Source: an uncultured Verrucomicrobiae bacterium (GTDB taxonomy: Bacteria; Verrucomicrobiota; Verrucomicrobiia; Chthoniobacterales; JAATET01). From it: a stretch of 64,000 nucleotides of DNA. Below, piece by piece: positions 30,858 through 40,645 of the stretch; within the stretch, counting starts at the first letter, position 1; every line of letters starts with the position of its first letter. The position numbers and the translations under genes were made by a program. The notes below the pieces were generated by a model. It searched no databases and was not told where the DNA came from. It saw only the letters and a program-made list of their open reading frames with translations. The DNA lies in the NCBI GenBank assembly GCA_963719495.1, contig CAVRCI010000015.1, positions 114,948 to 178,947 of the forward strand. The letters are read 5' to 3'.

Positions 30858-31451
30858 ATGAAAAGCGAGGATCTGGGCGAGGAGATTGCGGTTGAGTTGC
30901 CGGCCGGGTGGGCGGCGGGTGATCGGCCGGTGGAGGTCGATCTGGGGTGTCACCGGGGGACGTTTCTCGTGGGGATGGCGGAGCGGTATCCGGACGTTCG
31001 GTGGTTGGGCGTGGAAAAATTATCGGGGCGGGTGTTGCGGTGTCGGTCGAAGTTTGGGCGCTTGGGGTTGGCGAACGCTTGGGCGGTGCGGGGCGAGGGA
31101 TTGACGGAGGTGCGGGAAAGTTTGCCGGGTGGGTGCGTGGCGGCGATTCACGTTTCGTTCCCGGATCCGTGGCCGAAGCGGCGGCATTGGCCGCGGCGGG
31201 TCGTGAATGCGGCGATGCTGGACGATGCTTGGGAGTTGCTCGCGGTGGGCGGGAGGCTGCGATTGATGACGGATGATGCGGGTTATTTTGCGGCGATGGG
31301 GGCGTTGGTTCGGGATTTTGGTCGGTTCGAGGAGGTGGATTGGGCGGACGGGCGGGAGGTGGTGGCGACGGAGTTCGAGCGGAAGTTTTCCGAGATTGGG
31401 CAGCGGGTGTTTCGGGTTTGCCTGGTGAGGGGGAGTGCGGCTTCGCCGTAG
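30858..31451 (+). CDS. trmB: tRNA (guanine-N7)-methyltransferase
   Basis: DLGCHRG, FPDPWPKRRH..RR, TDD, TEFERKF. Confidence 0.9.
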   Translation: MKSEDLGEEIAVELPAGWAAGDRPVEVDLGCHRGTFLVGMAERYPDVRWLGVEKLSGRVLRCRSKFGRLGLANAWAVRGEGLTEVRESLPGGCVAAIHVSFPDPWPKRRHWPRRVVNAAMLDDAWELLAVGGRLRLMTDDAGYFAAMGALVRDFGRFEEVDWADGREVVATEFERKFSEIGQRVFRVCLVRGSAASP

Positions 31452-31452
31452 G

Positions 31453-32637
31453 TTACGGGCGGCGAGCTGGAAGCTCGCCTGATGCGGGCTGGAAGCCCGC
31501 GCTCCCCAGCTTGACCGCTTCGCGGTAGTGGGACTCCAGGGCGGTGATGGAGGCTGCCTGGGAGAATTTTTCGCGGACGGAGTTGGCGGCGTTTTGGGCG
31601 AGGGGTTCGTAGTTGGCGACGGTTTTGATCAAGGATTGCGTGAGGGCTTCGGAGTTACGTTCCGGGGTGAGGTAGCCGTCGTGGCCGTCGACCACGGCTT
31701 CGGGGATGCCTCCGTGTTGGGTCGCGACGACGGGGAGACCGGTCGCCATGGCTTCGAGCATGGAATTGGGCACGCCTTCCTGGTCGAGCTTGTCGGTGGT
31801 CTGGCTGGGGTGGATGAAAACGTGGGAGCGCTCGTAGAGGGCGCGGAGCTGGGGCTGGGTTTGGAAGCCGACGAAACGCACGGAGGTGCCGAGGCCGAGA
31901 TCGGCGGCGAGTTTTTCCAAAGTCGGTCGGAGCTTGCCGTCGCCGGCGATGGTGAAGGTGGCGGCGGGGTGGGTTTTTCGGAATTCGCTGAAGGCTTCGA
32001 GCGCGTGGTCGATGCCTTTCTTTTCAATCAGGCGGGCGGCTTGGACGAGGTGCCAGGCTCCGTCGGCGGGGGCGGTGCGGGGAACGAATGGGAAGTCGTC
32101 GAGGGGGATGCCGGTGCGATTGAGGCGGATGCGGGCTGGGTCGGCACCGAGCTCGACGAGGCGCTGGGCGAGGGATTCGCTGCGGGCGAGGAGGAGGGTG
32201 ACGGTGCGGAGGAGCTCGCGGAGGCGGTCGTTGTAACCGGGCTCGCGGTCGCGGAGCATGATGTCCATGCCGTGGAAGGAGACGACGGTGGGGCCGGGCC
32301 AGTGGCGGATGAAGGGGAGGAGGTGGACGCCGGTGTGGCCGAAGTAGACGTGGAGGAGGTCGGCGTGGCGGCGGGTGAGGACGGCGTCGAGCTGATCGTA
32401 TTCGCCGCGGTAGAAGACGGGCTCGAGGCGGCGGAGGTATTTTTTTTCGAAACGGGAGAGGAAATTGATGCGGGGCCGGGGGAGAACTTCGACGGCGTCG
32501 AAGGGGAAGCGGTCGGCGTGATCGCGGGATTTGGTGAGGACGAAGGTGTCGACGTCACGCAGGCCGGTGATCTGCCGGTAGATGTGCAGCATCTCGGGCT
32601 TGAGAAAGGTGGTGCAGTAGCTGGCGACGGTGAGCAT
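31453..32637 (-). CDS. Glycosyltransferase family 4 (WcaL-like)
   Basis: SFHGMD, ARLIEKKG, DQEGVPNSMLEAMATG, HGGIPE. Confidence 0.88.
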   Translation of the reverse strand: MLTVASYCTTFLKPEMLHIYRQITGLRDVDTFVLTKSRDHADRFPFDAVEVLPRPRINFLSRFEKKYLRRLEPVFYRGEYDQLDAVLTRRHADLLHVYFGHTGVHLLPFIRHWPGPTVVSFHGMDIMLRDREPGYNDRLRELLRTVTLLLARSESLAQRLVELGADPARIRLNRTGIPLDDFPFVPRTAPADGAWHLVQAARLIEKKGIDHALEAFSEFRKTHPAATFTIAGDGKLRPTLEKLAADLGLGTSVRFVGFQTQPQLRALYERSHVFIHPSQTTDKLDQEGVPNSMLEAMATGLPVVATQHGGIPEAVVDGHDGYLTPERNSEALTQSLIKTVANYEPLAQNAANSVREKFSQAASITALESHYREAVKLGSAGFQPASGELPARRP

Positions 32638-32647
32638 CGGGGGGTGA

Positions 32648-32689
32648 TGGTGAATGGTGAATGGTGAATGGTGAATGGTGAATGGTGAA
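32648..32689. repeat. Perfect heptamer tandem repeat (TGGTGAA)6
   Basis: Counted directly; fills 42 of the 74 bp between divergent genes. Confidence 0.95.
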
Positions 32690-32711
32690 ATGCGGTCGGT
32701 GGTGACTACGA

Positions 32712-33302
32712 TTGAGCGAGATGTTGGATCCGACCCCCGAGGATGAGGCTGATTTTGCGGCGATGCGTCGCGTGAAGGACGGGGACGCGGTGGCCTTCCG
32801 GGAACTCGTCGAACGGCATCAGAATCGCGTCGTTGGCACGGTGGCGAAGATGCTGGGGAACGACCGGGACGCGGAGGACGTGGCGCAGCAGGTGTTCGTG
32901 CGCGTGTGGAAATCGGCGGGGCGCTACGAGCCGCGGGCGAAATTTACGACGTGGTTGATGACGATCACGCGCAACCTGGTTTTTAACGAGGTGCGACGGC
33001 GCGACCGGGTGAAGCTGGTGTCCGTCGAGGCGGAGGAGGACGCGGTGGGGCGGCAGATCGTGGACTCTTCGGTGCGGATGGCATCGGAGGAGGTGCTGGA
33101 CGCGGAGTTGCGGGAGGCGGTCGACGCAGCGATCCGGTCGTTGCCGGAGGCTCAGCGGATGGCGGTGGTGCTGCGGCGTTACGATGGGATGCCGTATGAG
33201 GAGATTGCGGTTGTCCTGAAGACGACGGTGCCGGCGGTGAAGAGTCTGCTTTTCCGGGCTCGGGGGGAGTTGAAACGGTTGCTGGCGGTGTATCTGGGGT
33301 AG
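32712..33302 (+). CDS. ECF sigma-70 factor
   Basis: DAEDVAQQVF, FTTWL..ITRN, LPEAQR...YEEIA..L....AVKSLLFRAR; alternative ATG at 32721. Confidence 0.92.
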   Translation: MSEMLDPTPEDEADFAAMRRVKDGDAVAFRELVERHQNRVVGTVAKMLGNDRDAEDVAQQVFVRVWKSAGRYEPRAKFTTWLMTITRNLVFNEVRRRDRVKLVSVEAEEDAVGRQIVDSSVRMASEEVLDAELREAVDAAIRSLPEAQRMAVVLRRYDGMPYEEIAVVLKTTVPAVKSLLFRARGELKRLLAVYLG

Positions 33303-33325
33303 CTGGGGGTAGGGGAGAGGGATTT

Positions 33326-33370
33326 GCGCTTCGCGTTTGGGTTGGTGATTGGCTGGAAGCCAATTCCACG
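33326..33370. repeat. REP-like element family D
   Basis: gattggctggaagccaattccacg. Confidence 0.8.
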
Positions 33371-33372
33371 GA

Positions 33373-33732
33373 TTAAAATTCGGTGAAGACGCGTTTGGCG
33401 ACGGCCATGGCGTTGTAGGCGGCGGGGTAGCCGATGTAGATGGTCATTTGGATGATGAGCTGCTCGATCTCTTCCTTGGTGAGGAGGTTGCTGGCGAGCG
33501 CTCCGCGGGTGTGCCACTCGAATTGCGGGAGACTCGCCGACGTGACGAGGGAGGCGAGGGTGATGAGCTTGCGGGACTTTTGGTCCAGCGCCTCGTTCGT
33601 ATACATGTCGGCGAATCCGTGTTCGATGACGTGTTGGGTGAGCTGGGGTGACGCGGCCATGGCGGCGTCGACGCCGCCGGGGCCGAGGTGGAGGTCGGCG
33701 AGGGGTTTGCCTTTTTGGAATTGGTCGGTCAT
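33373..33732 (-). CDS. Carboxymuconolactone decarboxylase (CMD/AhpD-like) family protein
   Basis: LDQKSRKLITLASL, H..GAL, EEI......YIGYPAA. Confidence 0.8.
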   Translation of the reverse strand: MTDQFQKGKPLADLHLGPGGVDAAMAASPQLTQHVIEHGFADMYTNEALDQKSRKLITLASLVTSASLPQFEWHTRGALASNLLTKEEIEQLIIQMTIYIGYPAAYNAMAVAKRVFTEF

Positions 33733-33742
33733 GGAGTGAAGT

Positions 33743-33845
33743 GATTTTTGAACAGAAGGTCGCAAAGGTCGCAAAGAAGGGAAGGATTCAATTCAGCTCC
33801 TTCTTTGTATTCTTTGCGCTCTTTGCGTTCTTCTGTTCAAAAATC
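33743..33845. repeat. Long hairpin element with 9-mer subrepeats (family F)
   Basis: 16-bp perfect IR gatttttgaacagaag...cttctgttcaaaaatc; half copies near 35187 and 11111. Confidence 0.75.
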
Positions 33846-35183
33846 CTAGAACAAACGGGCGTAGCGGTTGGTTTCCCATTGGCTGACGGTTTGGTGGTAT
33901 TCGCGCCATTCTTCGCTTTTGTAGGTGATGAATTCTTTTCGGAGGTCGGGGCCGAGCACTTCCTCGACCCAGGGGTCGGCGGCGAAGGCTTTGACGGCTT
34001 CGTCGAGGGTGCGGGGGAGTTCGGCGATGCTCCGGGCCGCTAGATCCGATTCGCTCAATTCGTAGAGGTTGTCTTCCTGGGCGGGGCCGGGGTCGAGGTT
34101 TTCGCGGATGCCTTGGAGTCCGGCGGCGAGGGCGAGGGTGGCCGCTAGGTAGGGATTGCAGGACGTGTCGGCGTTGCGGGACTCGCAGCGGCCACCGCCT
34201 TTGGGAATGCGCACGGAATTCGTGCGGTTGTTGCGACCGAAGCTGTTGAAGACGGGGGCCCAGGAGTAGTAGGACATGAGGCCGCGGCGGACGAGGCGCT
34301 TGTAGCTGTTGACCGTGGGGGCAAAGGTCGCGCAGAGGGCGGGGCCGTGCTTGAGAATGCCGGCGATGAATTGGTAGCCGAGTTCGCTGAGGCCGAGGCC
34401 GCGGGGGTCGTCGGCGGGGTCGCACTCGAAGAGATTCGCGCCGGTGGACGGGTCGAAGAGCGACATGTTGAAGTGCGCGCCGGAGCCGGTTTTGTCGGCG
34501 AAGGGCTTGGGCATGAAGGTCGCGAGGAGGCCTTCTTCGGCGGCGTAGTGCTTGGCCATGAGGCGGAAGAACGTGAAGCGGTCACAGGTGGTGAGCGCGT
34601 CGGCGTAGCGGAAGTCGAACTCGAACTGCGAGTTGGCGTCCTCGTGGTCGAAGGAGTAGAGCTCCCAGCCGAGGGAGTCGATGGCGGTGGCCATTTTGTC
34701 GAGCCACTGGTAGCGGTCGAGGAAGCGTTTGAGGTCGTAGCAGCTCTTCTCGAGGTTGTCGTCGGGGTTTGGGATCGCGAGGGTGCCGTCGGCGTTCTGG
34801 CGGACGACGAAGAGTTCGCATTCGATGCCGAGGTTGAAGCCGAAACCCATTTCGGCGGCGGCGGCGACTTGCTTCTTGAGCGCGACGCGGGTGGAGATTT
34901 CGTAGGGCTGGCCGTGGAAGTGGTTGTCGGCGGGGAACCACGCGACCTCGGGGTTCCACGGGAGTTGGATCATGCGCTCGAGGTCGGGGACGGAGCTGAT
35001 CTCGTCGTCGTTGGGCGATTGGCCAAGGCCGTCGAGGGCGTAGCCGGTGTAGAGTTCGCTGCCGTGCGCGAAGTGGTCTAAGTGCGAGACGGGGACGACT
35101 TTTCCCTTCGGGACGCCGTGGATGTCGGGGTAGGCGCCGATGCAGTATTTGACGCCTAGTTGGGTGAGGTCGGATTGGGTCAT
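33846..35183 (-). CDS. glnT: GlnT-type glutamine synthetase-like ligase (gamma-glutamyl-amine synthetase-like)
   Basis: [49 protein letters not shown]; start MTQSDL. Confidence 0.85.
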   Translation of the reverse strand: MTQSDLTQLGVKYCIGAYPDIHGVPKGKVVPVSHLDHFAHGSELYTGYALDGLGQSPNDDEISSVPDLERMIQLPWNPEVAWFPADNHFHGQPYEISTRVALKKQVAAAAEMGFGFNLGIECELFVVRQNADGTLAIPNPDDNLEKSCYDLKRFLDRYQWLDKMATAIDSLGWELYSFDHEDANSQFEFDFRYADALTTCDRFTFFRLMAKHYAAEEGLLATFMPKPFADKTGSGAHFNMSLFDPSTGANLFECDPADDPRGLGLSELGYQFIAGILKHGPALCATFAPTVNSYKRLVRRGLMSYYSWAPVFNSFGRNNRTNSVRIPKGGGRCESRNADTSCNPYLAATLALAAGLQGIRENLDPGPAQEDNLYELSESDLAARSIAELPRTLDEAVKAFAADPWVEEVLGPDLRKEFITYKSEEWREYHQTVSQWETNRYARLF

Positions 35184-35257
35184 GGTGATTTTGAACAGAA
35201 GATCGCGAAGGTCGCAAAGGGGGGGAGGAATGCGGGTGAGGAGCTTTAATGCAGGAT

Positions 35258-36109
35258 CTATGCCGCTTTGAAGCGCTCGCGTTGGCGGTGGGCGATCCAG
35301 CGGTTGATTTGCCAGAGGTCGGCGACGGGTTTTTGCGTGAAGGGTTCGAGGTGGAGGTAGTTGTCGGGGCCGAATTCGGGGGTGAGGGTGGAATTGGCGT
35401 GACCGGCGGCTCGTTGGGCGGCCCAGATGGTGTCCCACCAGCGGTCGTGGTTCGCGAGGTTTTCGGCGTATTCGGGGGCGCGGGGGTCGGGGACCTGGGG
35501 ACCCTGGTCGTAGCCGACGCGGGCGTGGACGTGGCGGCAGTTGCGGGCGCAGTGGGCGAGGAGGTCGGGGAATTCGTCGAGGATGGCGGAGCGTTCGGTG
35601 ACGACGCACCAGTGGCTGAAATCGCACGTGAGCGGGAGGTCGGGGATCGCGTCGAGGAGGGCGGCGGTGGCGAGGGGGTGGAAGGTGGGGCGGCCGCGGT
35701 GGGTTTCGAAGCTGACTTCTGTGCCGTGGTCGGCGGCGATGCGGGTGGCTTCGCGGAAGAAGTGGATGCTTTCGGCGAGAGGCCAGAGGTCGCTGCCGGC
35801 CATGGCGGTGATTTTGAGGGGGGCCATCTCGAGCGCTTGCTCGAGGAGGGTGCGGAAGTCGGCGAGGTGGTCGGCGGGGGTGAGGCGGGGGGCGGGGACG
35901 TATTGGCCGGGGGTGCGAATGCCGGTGGAGATCTCGGCGATGAATTCGAGGTCGGATTCGGCGACGAGACGGGTGAGCCGTTGGCGGTCGGCTGGGGTTG
36001 CCGGTGGAGCGCCCTCGATGCCGTGGAATTTGGCATCGAGGACGTCGGTGATGGCGTCTTCGTGGGTGCCTTCGTGACCCCAGAGTTGCTTGAAGAGTTG
36101 GAGTTGCAT
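35258..36109 (-). CDS. Xylose-isomerase-like TIM-barrel protein
   Basis: FETHRGR, TCDFSHW, HVHARVG, TPEFGPD. Confidence 0.8.
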   Translation of the reverse strand: MQLQLFKQLWGHEGTHEDAITDVLDAKFHGIEGAPPATPADRQRLTRLVAESDLEFIAEISTGIRTPGQYVPAPRLTPADHLADFRTLLEQALEMAPLKITAMAGSDLWPLAESIHFFREATRIAADHGTEVSFETHRGRPTFHPLATAALLDAIPDLPLTCDFSHWCVVTERSAILDEFPDLLAHCARNCRHVHARVGYDQGPQVPDPRAPEYAENLANHDRWWDTIWAAQRAAGHANSTLTPEFGPDNYLHLEPFTQKPVADLWQINRWIAHRQRERFKAA

Positions 36110-36114
36110 CTTGA

Positions 36115-36846
36115 TTAGCGCTTCGCGTTGGGTGGGTCACCGGCTGGAAGCCGGTGCCACGTTGCGGCGATTCGGAAACCGAGATTGTCGGATTGGGTGG
36201 TGGTAGGTTGAGCGTCCCGGTTCGTGGCTCGGAGGAGGCGGGGGAGCTGGTCCCAGGCTCCGCCTCGGATGACGCGGTGGTCGGGGTCGCCGTTGGCGAT
36301 CCACGCGGTGCCGTCGGTCGGGGCTCCTTCGTAGGTGCGGTGCCAGGGGTCGGCGGTCCATTCGTTGACGTTGCCGTGGAGGTCGTGGATGCCGAAGGGG
36401 TTGGTGGGGTAGGCCCCGATGGGGGTCGGATGGCCCGGGCCGACGCGGTGGCCTTGTTCGCTGTAGAGGTAGTTGGCGTCGGCGGGGGTCAGGTCGGCGC
36501 CTCGGGGGTAGGCGGTGCGCTGGCCCGCGGTGGCGGCGTATTCCCACTCGGCTTCGCTGAGGAGGCGGTAGGGTTGGGCGGTTTCGTCGCGGAGCCATTC
36601 GCAGTAGGCGGTGGCTTGGTGCCAGGAGACTCGGACGACGGGGTGGTCGGGGGCGGCGGTGGGATCGTGGGTCGCGTCGTGGGCGCGGAATTCGGCGTTG
36701 GTGATCGGGTGGACGCCGAGGTTGAAGGCGGCGATCCGGACCGGGTGGGCGGGGCGCTCGGTGGCGTTGGCGAATTTGTCGTCGGGGAGTTCGCCCATGG
36801 TGAAGGCCCCGGCGGGGATGGTGCGGGTGGCGGGGATGAGGATCAC
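36115..36846 (-). CDS. FGE-sulfatase-fold protein lacking the FGE catalytic cysteines
   Basis: [31 protein letters not shown] (no CxxxxC); GTG start overlaps the Rieske stop. Confidence 0.8.
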   Translation of the reverse strand: MILIPATRTIPAGAFTMGELPDDKFANATERPAHPVRIAAFNLGVHPITNAEFRAHDATHDPTAAPDHPVVRVSWHQATAYCEWLRDETAQPYRLLSEAEWEYAATAGQRTAYPRGADLTPADANYLYSEQGHRVGPGHPTPIGAYPTNPFGIHDLHGNVNEWTADPWHRTYEGAPTDGTAWIANGDPDHRVIRGGAWDQLPRLLRATNRDAQPTTTQSDNLGFRIAATWHRLPAGDPPNAKR

Positions 36847-38168
36847 CGGCGGGGGGATTGCGCGGGGGCGGCGGGGTGCTGGATGGTCGGCCAGGTGCCG
36901 TCGGCGCGGGCGGCGAGGTAGCGTTGAAACAGCCATAGGGGCATTTCGAGATGGCTGAGGCGTCCGGGCTTCGACGTGCGTGAATGGAGTCCGCGCTGGA
37001 CGGCGGTGCAGGCTTCCATGTCCTCGAGGTGAAAATCGACGAGCATTTGTTCCTGCGCGGCGCGGCGGGTCTCGTAGTCGGGGAGGATCTTCGTTTCCGG
37101 GTGGACGAGGACGGTGGTGAGGAGGCGGCTGCGGTCGGCGGTGACGGGGTCGATGCGATACCAGATCATGCGGTCGGGACCGGCGAAGAGCAGGAAGCTG
37201 GGGTAGCCAAGGCAGGCGCTCCATTGGTCGCGATGCTCCGGAGGGAGTGAATCGATGAGTGGGAAATTCGTCGAGAGGGCGGGTTCCCGCTCGTTGATCG
37301 CCGGGTCTTTGAGCGGGAGGTTGAGGGCGATGGAATGGGGGCGCTCGGCGGCGGTCCAGGCGCCCTTGGCGGGCATGATGGGTTGGAGCGTTTTTGCGTG
37401 AGTGCCGAGGTGGTGGTAGGGCTCCATGAAGTTCTCGACGAGGACCTTCCAGTTGAAATCGCAGTCCCACTGGCGCTCGATGACGATGTCCATATCGGCG
37501 GTGCGCCAACCGGCGATGTCGGTGTCGAGGTCGTCGTATTGGTCGGCGAGGGGCTCGGCTTTTCCGTCGAGGTTGACGAAGAGGAAGCCGTTCCAGATTT
37601 CGGTGCTGAAAGAGGTGAGCGGATGGTCTTCGCGGTGGAAGTCGGTGGCCTGGTGCATCTCGGGGCAACCTTTGAGGCTGCCGTCGAGGTCGAAGCTCCA
37701 GTGGTGGTAGGGGCAGAGGAAGAGGCGGGTGTGGCCGTGATCGGGGGTCACGGTGCCGCGGGGCTCGGCGGGGCCGTGGTCGGGTTCGGCGAAGCTGGCG
37801 GGCATGATGTCCATGTTGCGGTGGGGGCAGACGCGGGAAAGGACGCGGTGCTGGCCGTCCTTGCCGTGGACGGCAATGAGGGGTTCGCCGAGGAGGTCGA
37901 GTTTGAGAAAGTCGCCGGGGGCGGGGATTTGCGAGAGGTGGCAGACGCCGAGCCACTCGGGGCGAAGGACGTTCTCGGTTTCCCACGTCAGGAAATCAGG
38001 GTCGGTGTAGACGGCGGGTGGGAGGGTGGTGGCTTGGTCGAGGGGGAGGTGGGCGGTTTGGCGGACTTTTTCCAGGAGGGTGGCGAGGTGGGGAGTGACG
38101 GCTTCGCCGTTTCTGGTTGGGTCGGCGATTGCACATCGCCGCTCCTCGAGGTGGTCCGGTGTGGTCAT
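36843..38168 (-). CDS. Rieske non-heme iron oxygenase alpha subunit (choline/carnitine/betaine monooxygenase-like)
   Basis: CPHR...CPYHHW Rieske ligands; NWK..VENFMEPYHH..TH; EDMEAC..VQRGL. Confidence 0.88.
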   Translation of the reverse strand: MTTPDHLEERRCAIADPTRNGEAVTPHLATLLEKVRQTAHLPLDQATTLPPAVYTDPDFLTWETENVLRPEWLGVCHLSQIPAPGDFLKLDLLGEPLIAVHGKDGQHRVLSRVCPHRNMDIMPASFAEPDHGPAEPRGTVTPDHGHTRLFLCPYHHWSFDLDGSLKGCPEMHQATDFHREDHPLTSFSTEIWNGFLFVNLDGKAEPLADQYDDLDTDIAGWRTADMDIVIERQWDCDFNWKVLVENFMEPYHHLGTHAKTLQPIMPAKGAWTAAERPHSIALNLPLKDPAINEREPALSTNFPLIDSLPPEHRDQWSACLGYPSFLLFAGPDRMIWYRIDPVTADRSRLLTTVLVHPETKILPDYETRRAAQEQMLVDFHLEDMEACTAVQRGLHSRTSKPGRLSHLEMPLWLFQRYLAARADGTWPTIQHPAAPAQSPRR

Positions 38169-38260
38169 TTTCGGTTTTGGATCGGCTCGCTTCGCATTGC
38201 CGGGTGATGCGGCGGGACGCCGCATCTCGCACGCCGGGAGGCGTGCGCTCCCCATGCGTT

Positions 38261-39682
38261 TCAGATGAAGGTGAGGCGTTGGGCGAGGTGGGCTTCGTTG
38301 ATGGCGTAGAAGCCTTCGTTCCATTCGCGCATTTTTTGCTCGAGGTAGATGTCTTTAAAGTCGCCGAAGACGGTGTCGATGAGGGTGGAGTCTTCGAAGG
38401 CTTCGAGGGCGTGGAGCTGGGTGCGGGGGAGGAGTTTGACGCCGGAGTCGCGGAGTTCGCGGTGGGTGAGGTCGTAGCAATTGGTGTTGAGGGGAGTGCC
38501 GGGATCGAGCTCGCGTTCGATGCCGTCGAGGCCCGCGGCGAGTTGGACGGCCGCCGCGAGGTAGGGGTTGCAGCCGACGTCGGGGGCGCGATTTTCGACG
38601 CAGTAGCGGTTGAGGGGGAGGCGGAGCATGGCCGAGCGGTTGTTGCGACCGTAGGCGATCATGACGGGTGCCCAACTGATGTCGGGCATGTCGCCTTGGG
38701 CGATGAGGCCTTGGTAGCTGTTGTAGCTGGGGCAGGTGACGGCGGTGATGGCGGGGGCGTGGGCGAGGAGGCCGGCGGTGAAGTGGTAGGCGAGCTGGGA
38801 GAGGGGGATGCCGGTGCGGTCGGCGATGGGGTTGGATTCCGGCTCGGGAGCGAAGAGGTTCTCGCCGGTGGTGGTGCTGGCGAGCGACATGTTGAAGTGG
38901 TTGCCGGAGCGGAAATCGTTGGAGAACGGCTTGGGCATGAAGGTCGCGGTGGCTCCGATTTCTTCGGCGACCTGTTTGGCCATCAGGCGGAGGAAGGTGA
39001 AGCGGTCGGAGATCGTGAGGGCGTCGGCGTATTGGAAGTCGAACTCGAACTGACCGTGACCGCCCTCCTGATCGAAGGAGTAGAGATTCCAGCCGAGTTC
39101 CTCGAAGTGGCGCGACATCGGGGCGAGGAAGTCGAGGGCGTCGATGGAGAGTTTGACGTCGTAGGCCGGGCAGGTGCCCTGGTAGCGGGTCGGGGTGACG
39201 GGGCGGCGTTCGCCGGTTTCCGGGTCGACGAAGAGGACGTAGAATTCGGGTTCGAAGCCGAGGTTGAAGGTGAACCCGAGGTCGGTGGCGCGGGCGAGCT
39301 GGCGCTTGAGGATCTGGCGGCTGTCGTGCGGGTAGGGCGAGCCGTGGTAGTAGAGGTCGCCGAAGAAGTAGCCGAGCCGGGAGTCCCACGGGCATTGGAT
39401 CAGGGTATCGAGGTCGGGAACGGCGGCGCATTCGTCCTCCTGCGGACCGACGAGGCCCATGCCTTCCATGGCTCCGACGGTAAAGAGCTCGGAGCCGTGC
39501 GCCATCTTTTCGAGCGCGGAGAGCGGAGTCGTTTTCGCCTTCGGGACGCCGTGGATGTCGACGTAGGTGGAGTAGAGAAACTCGACGCCGCCGTCTTCGA
39601 GGGTGGCGCGGGTGGCGGCGAGCTTGGCGGGGTCGACGGCGAAGTCGGCGGGGACGGCGAAAGTGGGCTCGTTGGCGGACAT
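38261..39682 (-). CDS. Second GlnT-type glutamine synthetase-like ligase
   Basis: DIHGVPKAK, FNLGFEPE, DQEGGHGQFE, TFMPKPF, NNRS, ENRAPD..CNPYL. Confidence 0.85.
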   Translation of the reverse strand: MSANEPTFAVPADFAVDPAKLAATRATLEDGGVEFLYSTYVDIHGVPKAKTTPLSALEKMAHGSELFTVGAMEGMGLVGPQEDECAAVPDLDTLIQCPWDSRLGYFFGDLYYHGSPYPHDSRQILKRQLARATDLGFTFNLGFEPEFYVLFVDPETGERRPVTPTRYQGTCPAYDVKLSIDALDFLAPMSRHFEELGWNLYSFDQEGGHGQFEFDFQYADALTISDRFTFLRLMAKQVAEEIGATATFMPKPFSNDFRSGNHFNMSLASTTTGENLFAPEPESNPIADRTGIPLSQLAYHFTAGLLAHAPAITAVTCPSYNSYQGLIAQGDMPDISWAPVMIAYGRNNRSAMLRLPLNRYCVENRAPDVGCNPYLAAAVQLAAGLDGIERELDPGTPLNTNCYDLTHRELRDSGVKLLPRTQLHALEAFEDSTLIDTVFGDFKDIYLEQKMREWNEGFYAINEAHLAQRLTFI

Positions 39683-39780
39683 CTTGGGGAGACGATGCGC
39701 GCCGGGGTTGGGGAGGGGAATAGGAAGAACGGGCTACTTCGATTTATGATTTACGATTGGTGATTTATGATTGGGGTGGG

Positions 39781-40488
39781 TCAGCGGAGGGCGGTGATGG
39801 CGGCGTGGCGGTTTTCGACTCCCAGCTTTTGGAAGATGTGATCGAGGTGGTTTTTGACCGTGTGGGGGCTGATGCCGAGGATGGTGGCAATTTCGTCGTT
39901 GGATTTGCCTTCGCTGAGCCAGTGGTGGACTTCGCGTTCGCGCGGGGTGAGGGCGGCGAGGACGTCCGAGGTGAGCGAGCGGACGTGGGGAATCGTGGTG
40001 AGCGCGTTGGGTGGGCGGGGGGCGGATCGGGCGAGATGGTCGATGCCGACGACTCCGACGCAACGGCCTTCGGTGACGATGGGGGCGACCTCGCTGGTGA
40101 TGCGGTGGATGGCGTTGTCGATGGGGTAGAAGTAGGGATCGACCGCGCAGAGTTCGGCGCGCTGCCGGGGCACCCAATACCAGGAGCCGAGGCGGCGTTC
40201 AGCGTATCCGGTGACGGGGTCGAGCTTGGCGTGGCCGCGAGTGCGGTGCCAGTGGGGGACGAAGCGACCGGTGGCGTCGTGGCCGGGGGCGTGGCGGTAT
40301 TCCGAGTCGCGACCGTCGAGGGCCTCGGGTTCCCAGACGCTCCAGACGCCGTTGCAGTCCGCGTTGGATTCGAGGACGGAGCGCAGGATGGCGAGGTAGG
40401 TGGCGCGCTGGGTGACGCCGAGGCTGTGCAGATTTGCGAAAGTGGCGGCGAGCCGCGCGGCTGGGCGGTCGGTGTCGGTGGGTCGCAT
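39781..40488 (-). CDS. LuxR-family regulator with N-terminal Cache-like sensor domain
   Basis: C-term LTPREREV..WLSEGKSNDEIA.ILGISPHTVKNHL; N-term VWEPEALDGRD..GRFVPHW..WY..P..DPY..VGVVGID. Confidence 0.85.
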   Translation of the reverse strand: MRPTDTDRPAARLAATFANLHSLGVTQRATYLAILRSVLESNADCNGVWSVWEPEALDGRDSEYRHAPGHDATGRFVPHWHRTRGHAKLDPVTGYAERRLGSWYWVPRQRAELCAVDPYFYPIDNAIHRITSEVAPIVTEGRCVGVVGIDHLARSAPRPPNALTTIPHVRSLTSDVLAALTPREREVHHWLSEGKSNDEIATILGISPHTVKNHLDHIFQKLGVENRHAAITALR

Positions 40489-40554
40489 GCGTGGTTGTCG
40501 GAAGGTTTTTAGCGGGAGGCGGCGGGGTGGGTGGCGTGGGGGGAGAGTGGAAGT

Positions 40555-40627
40555 CAGAGATTGCCTTTTTGGTTGCTTGAAGAAATGAAAGGCGGTCGAT
40601 GGCTCTTCACTGCGTTCAGAATGACAG
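40555..40627. repeat. 73-bp near-identical copy of 14503-14575 (family B)
   Basis: Manual alignment, 2 mismatches. Confidence 0.9.
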
Positions 40628-40645
40628 GGGAGGTATTTCGATTTC

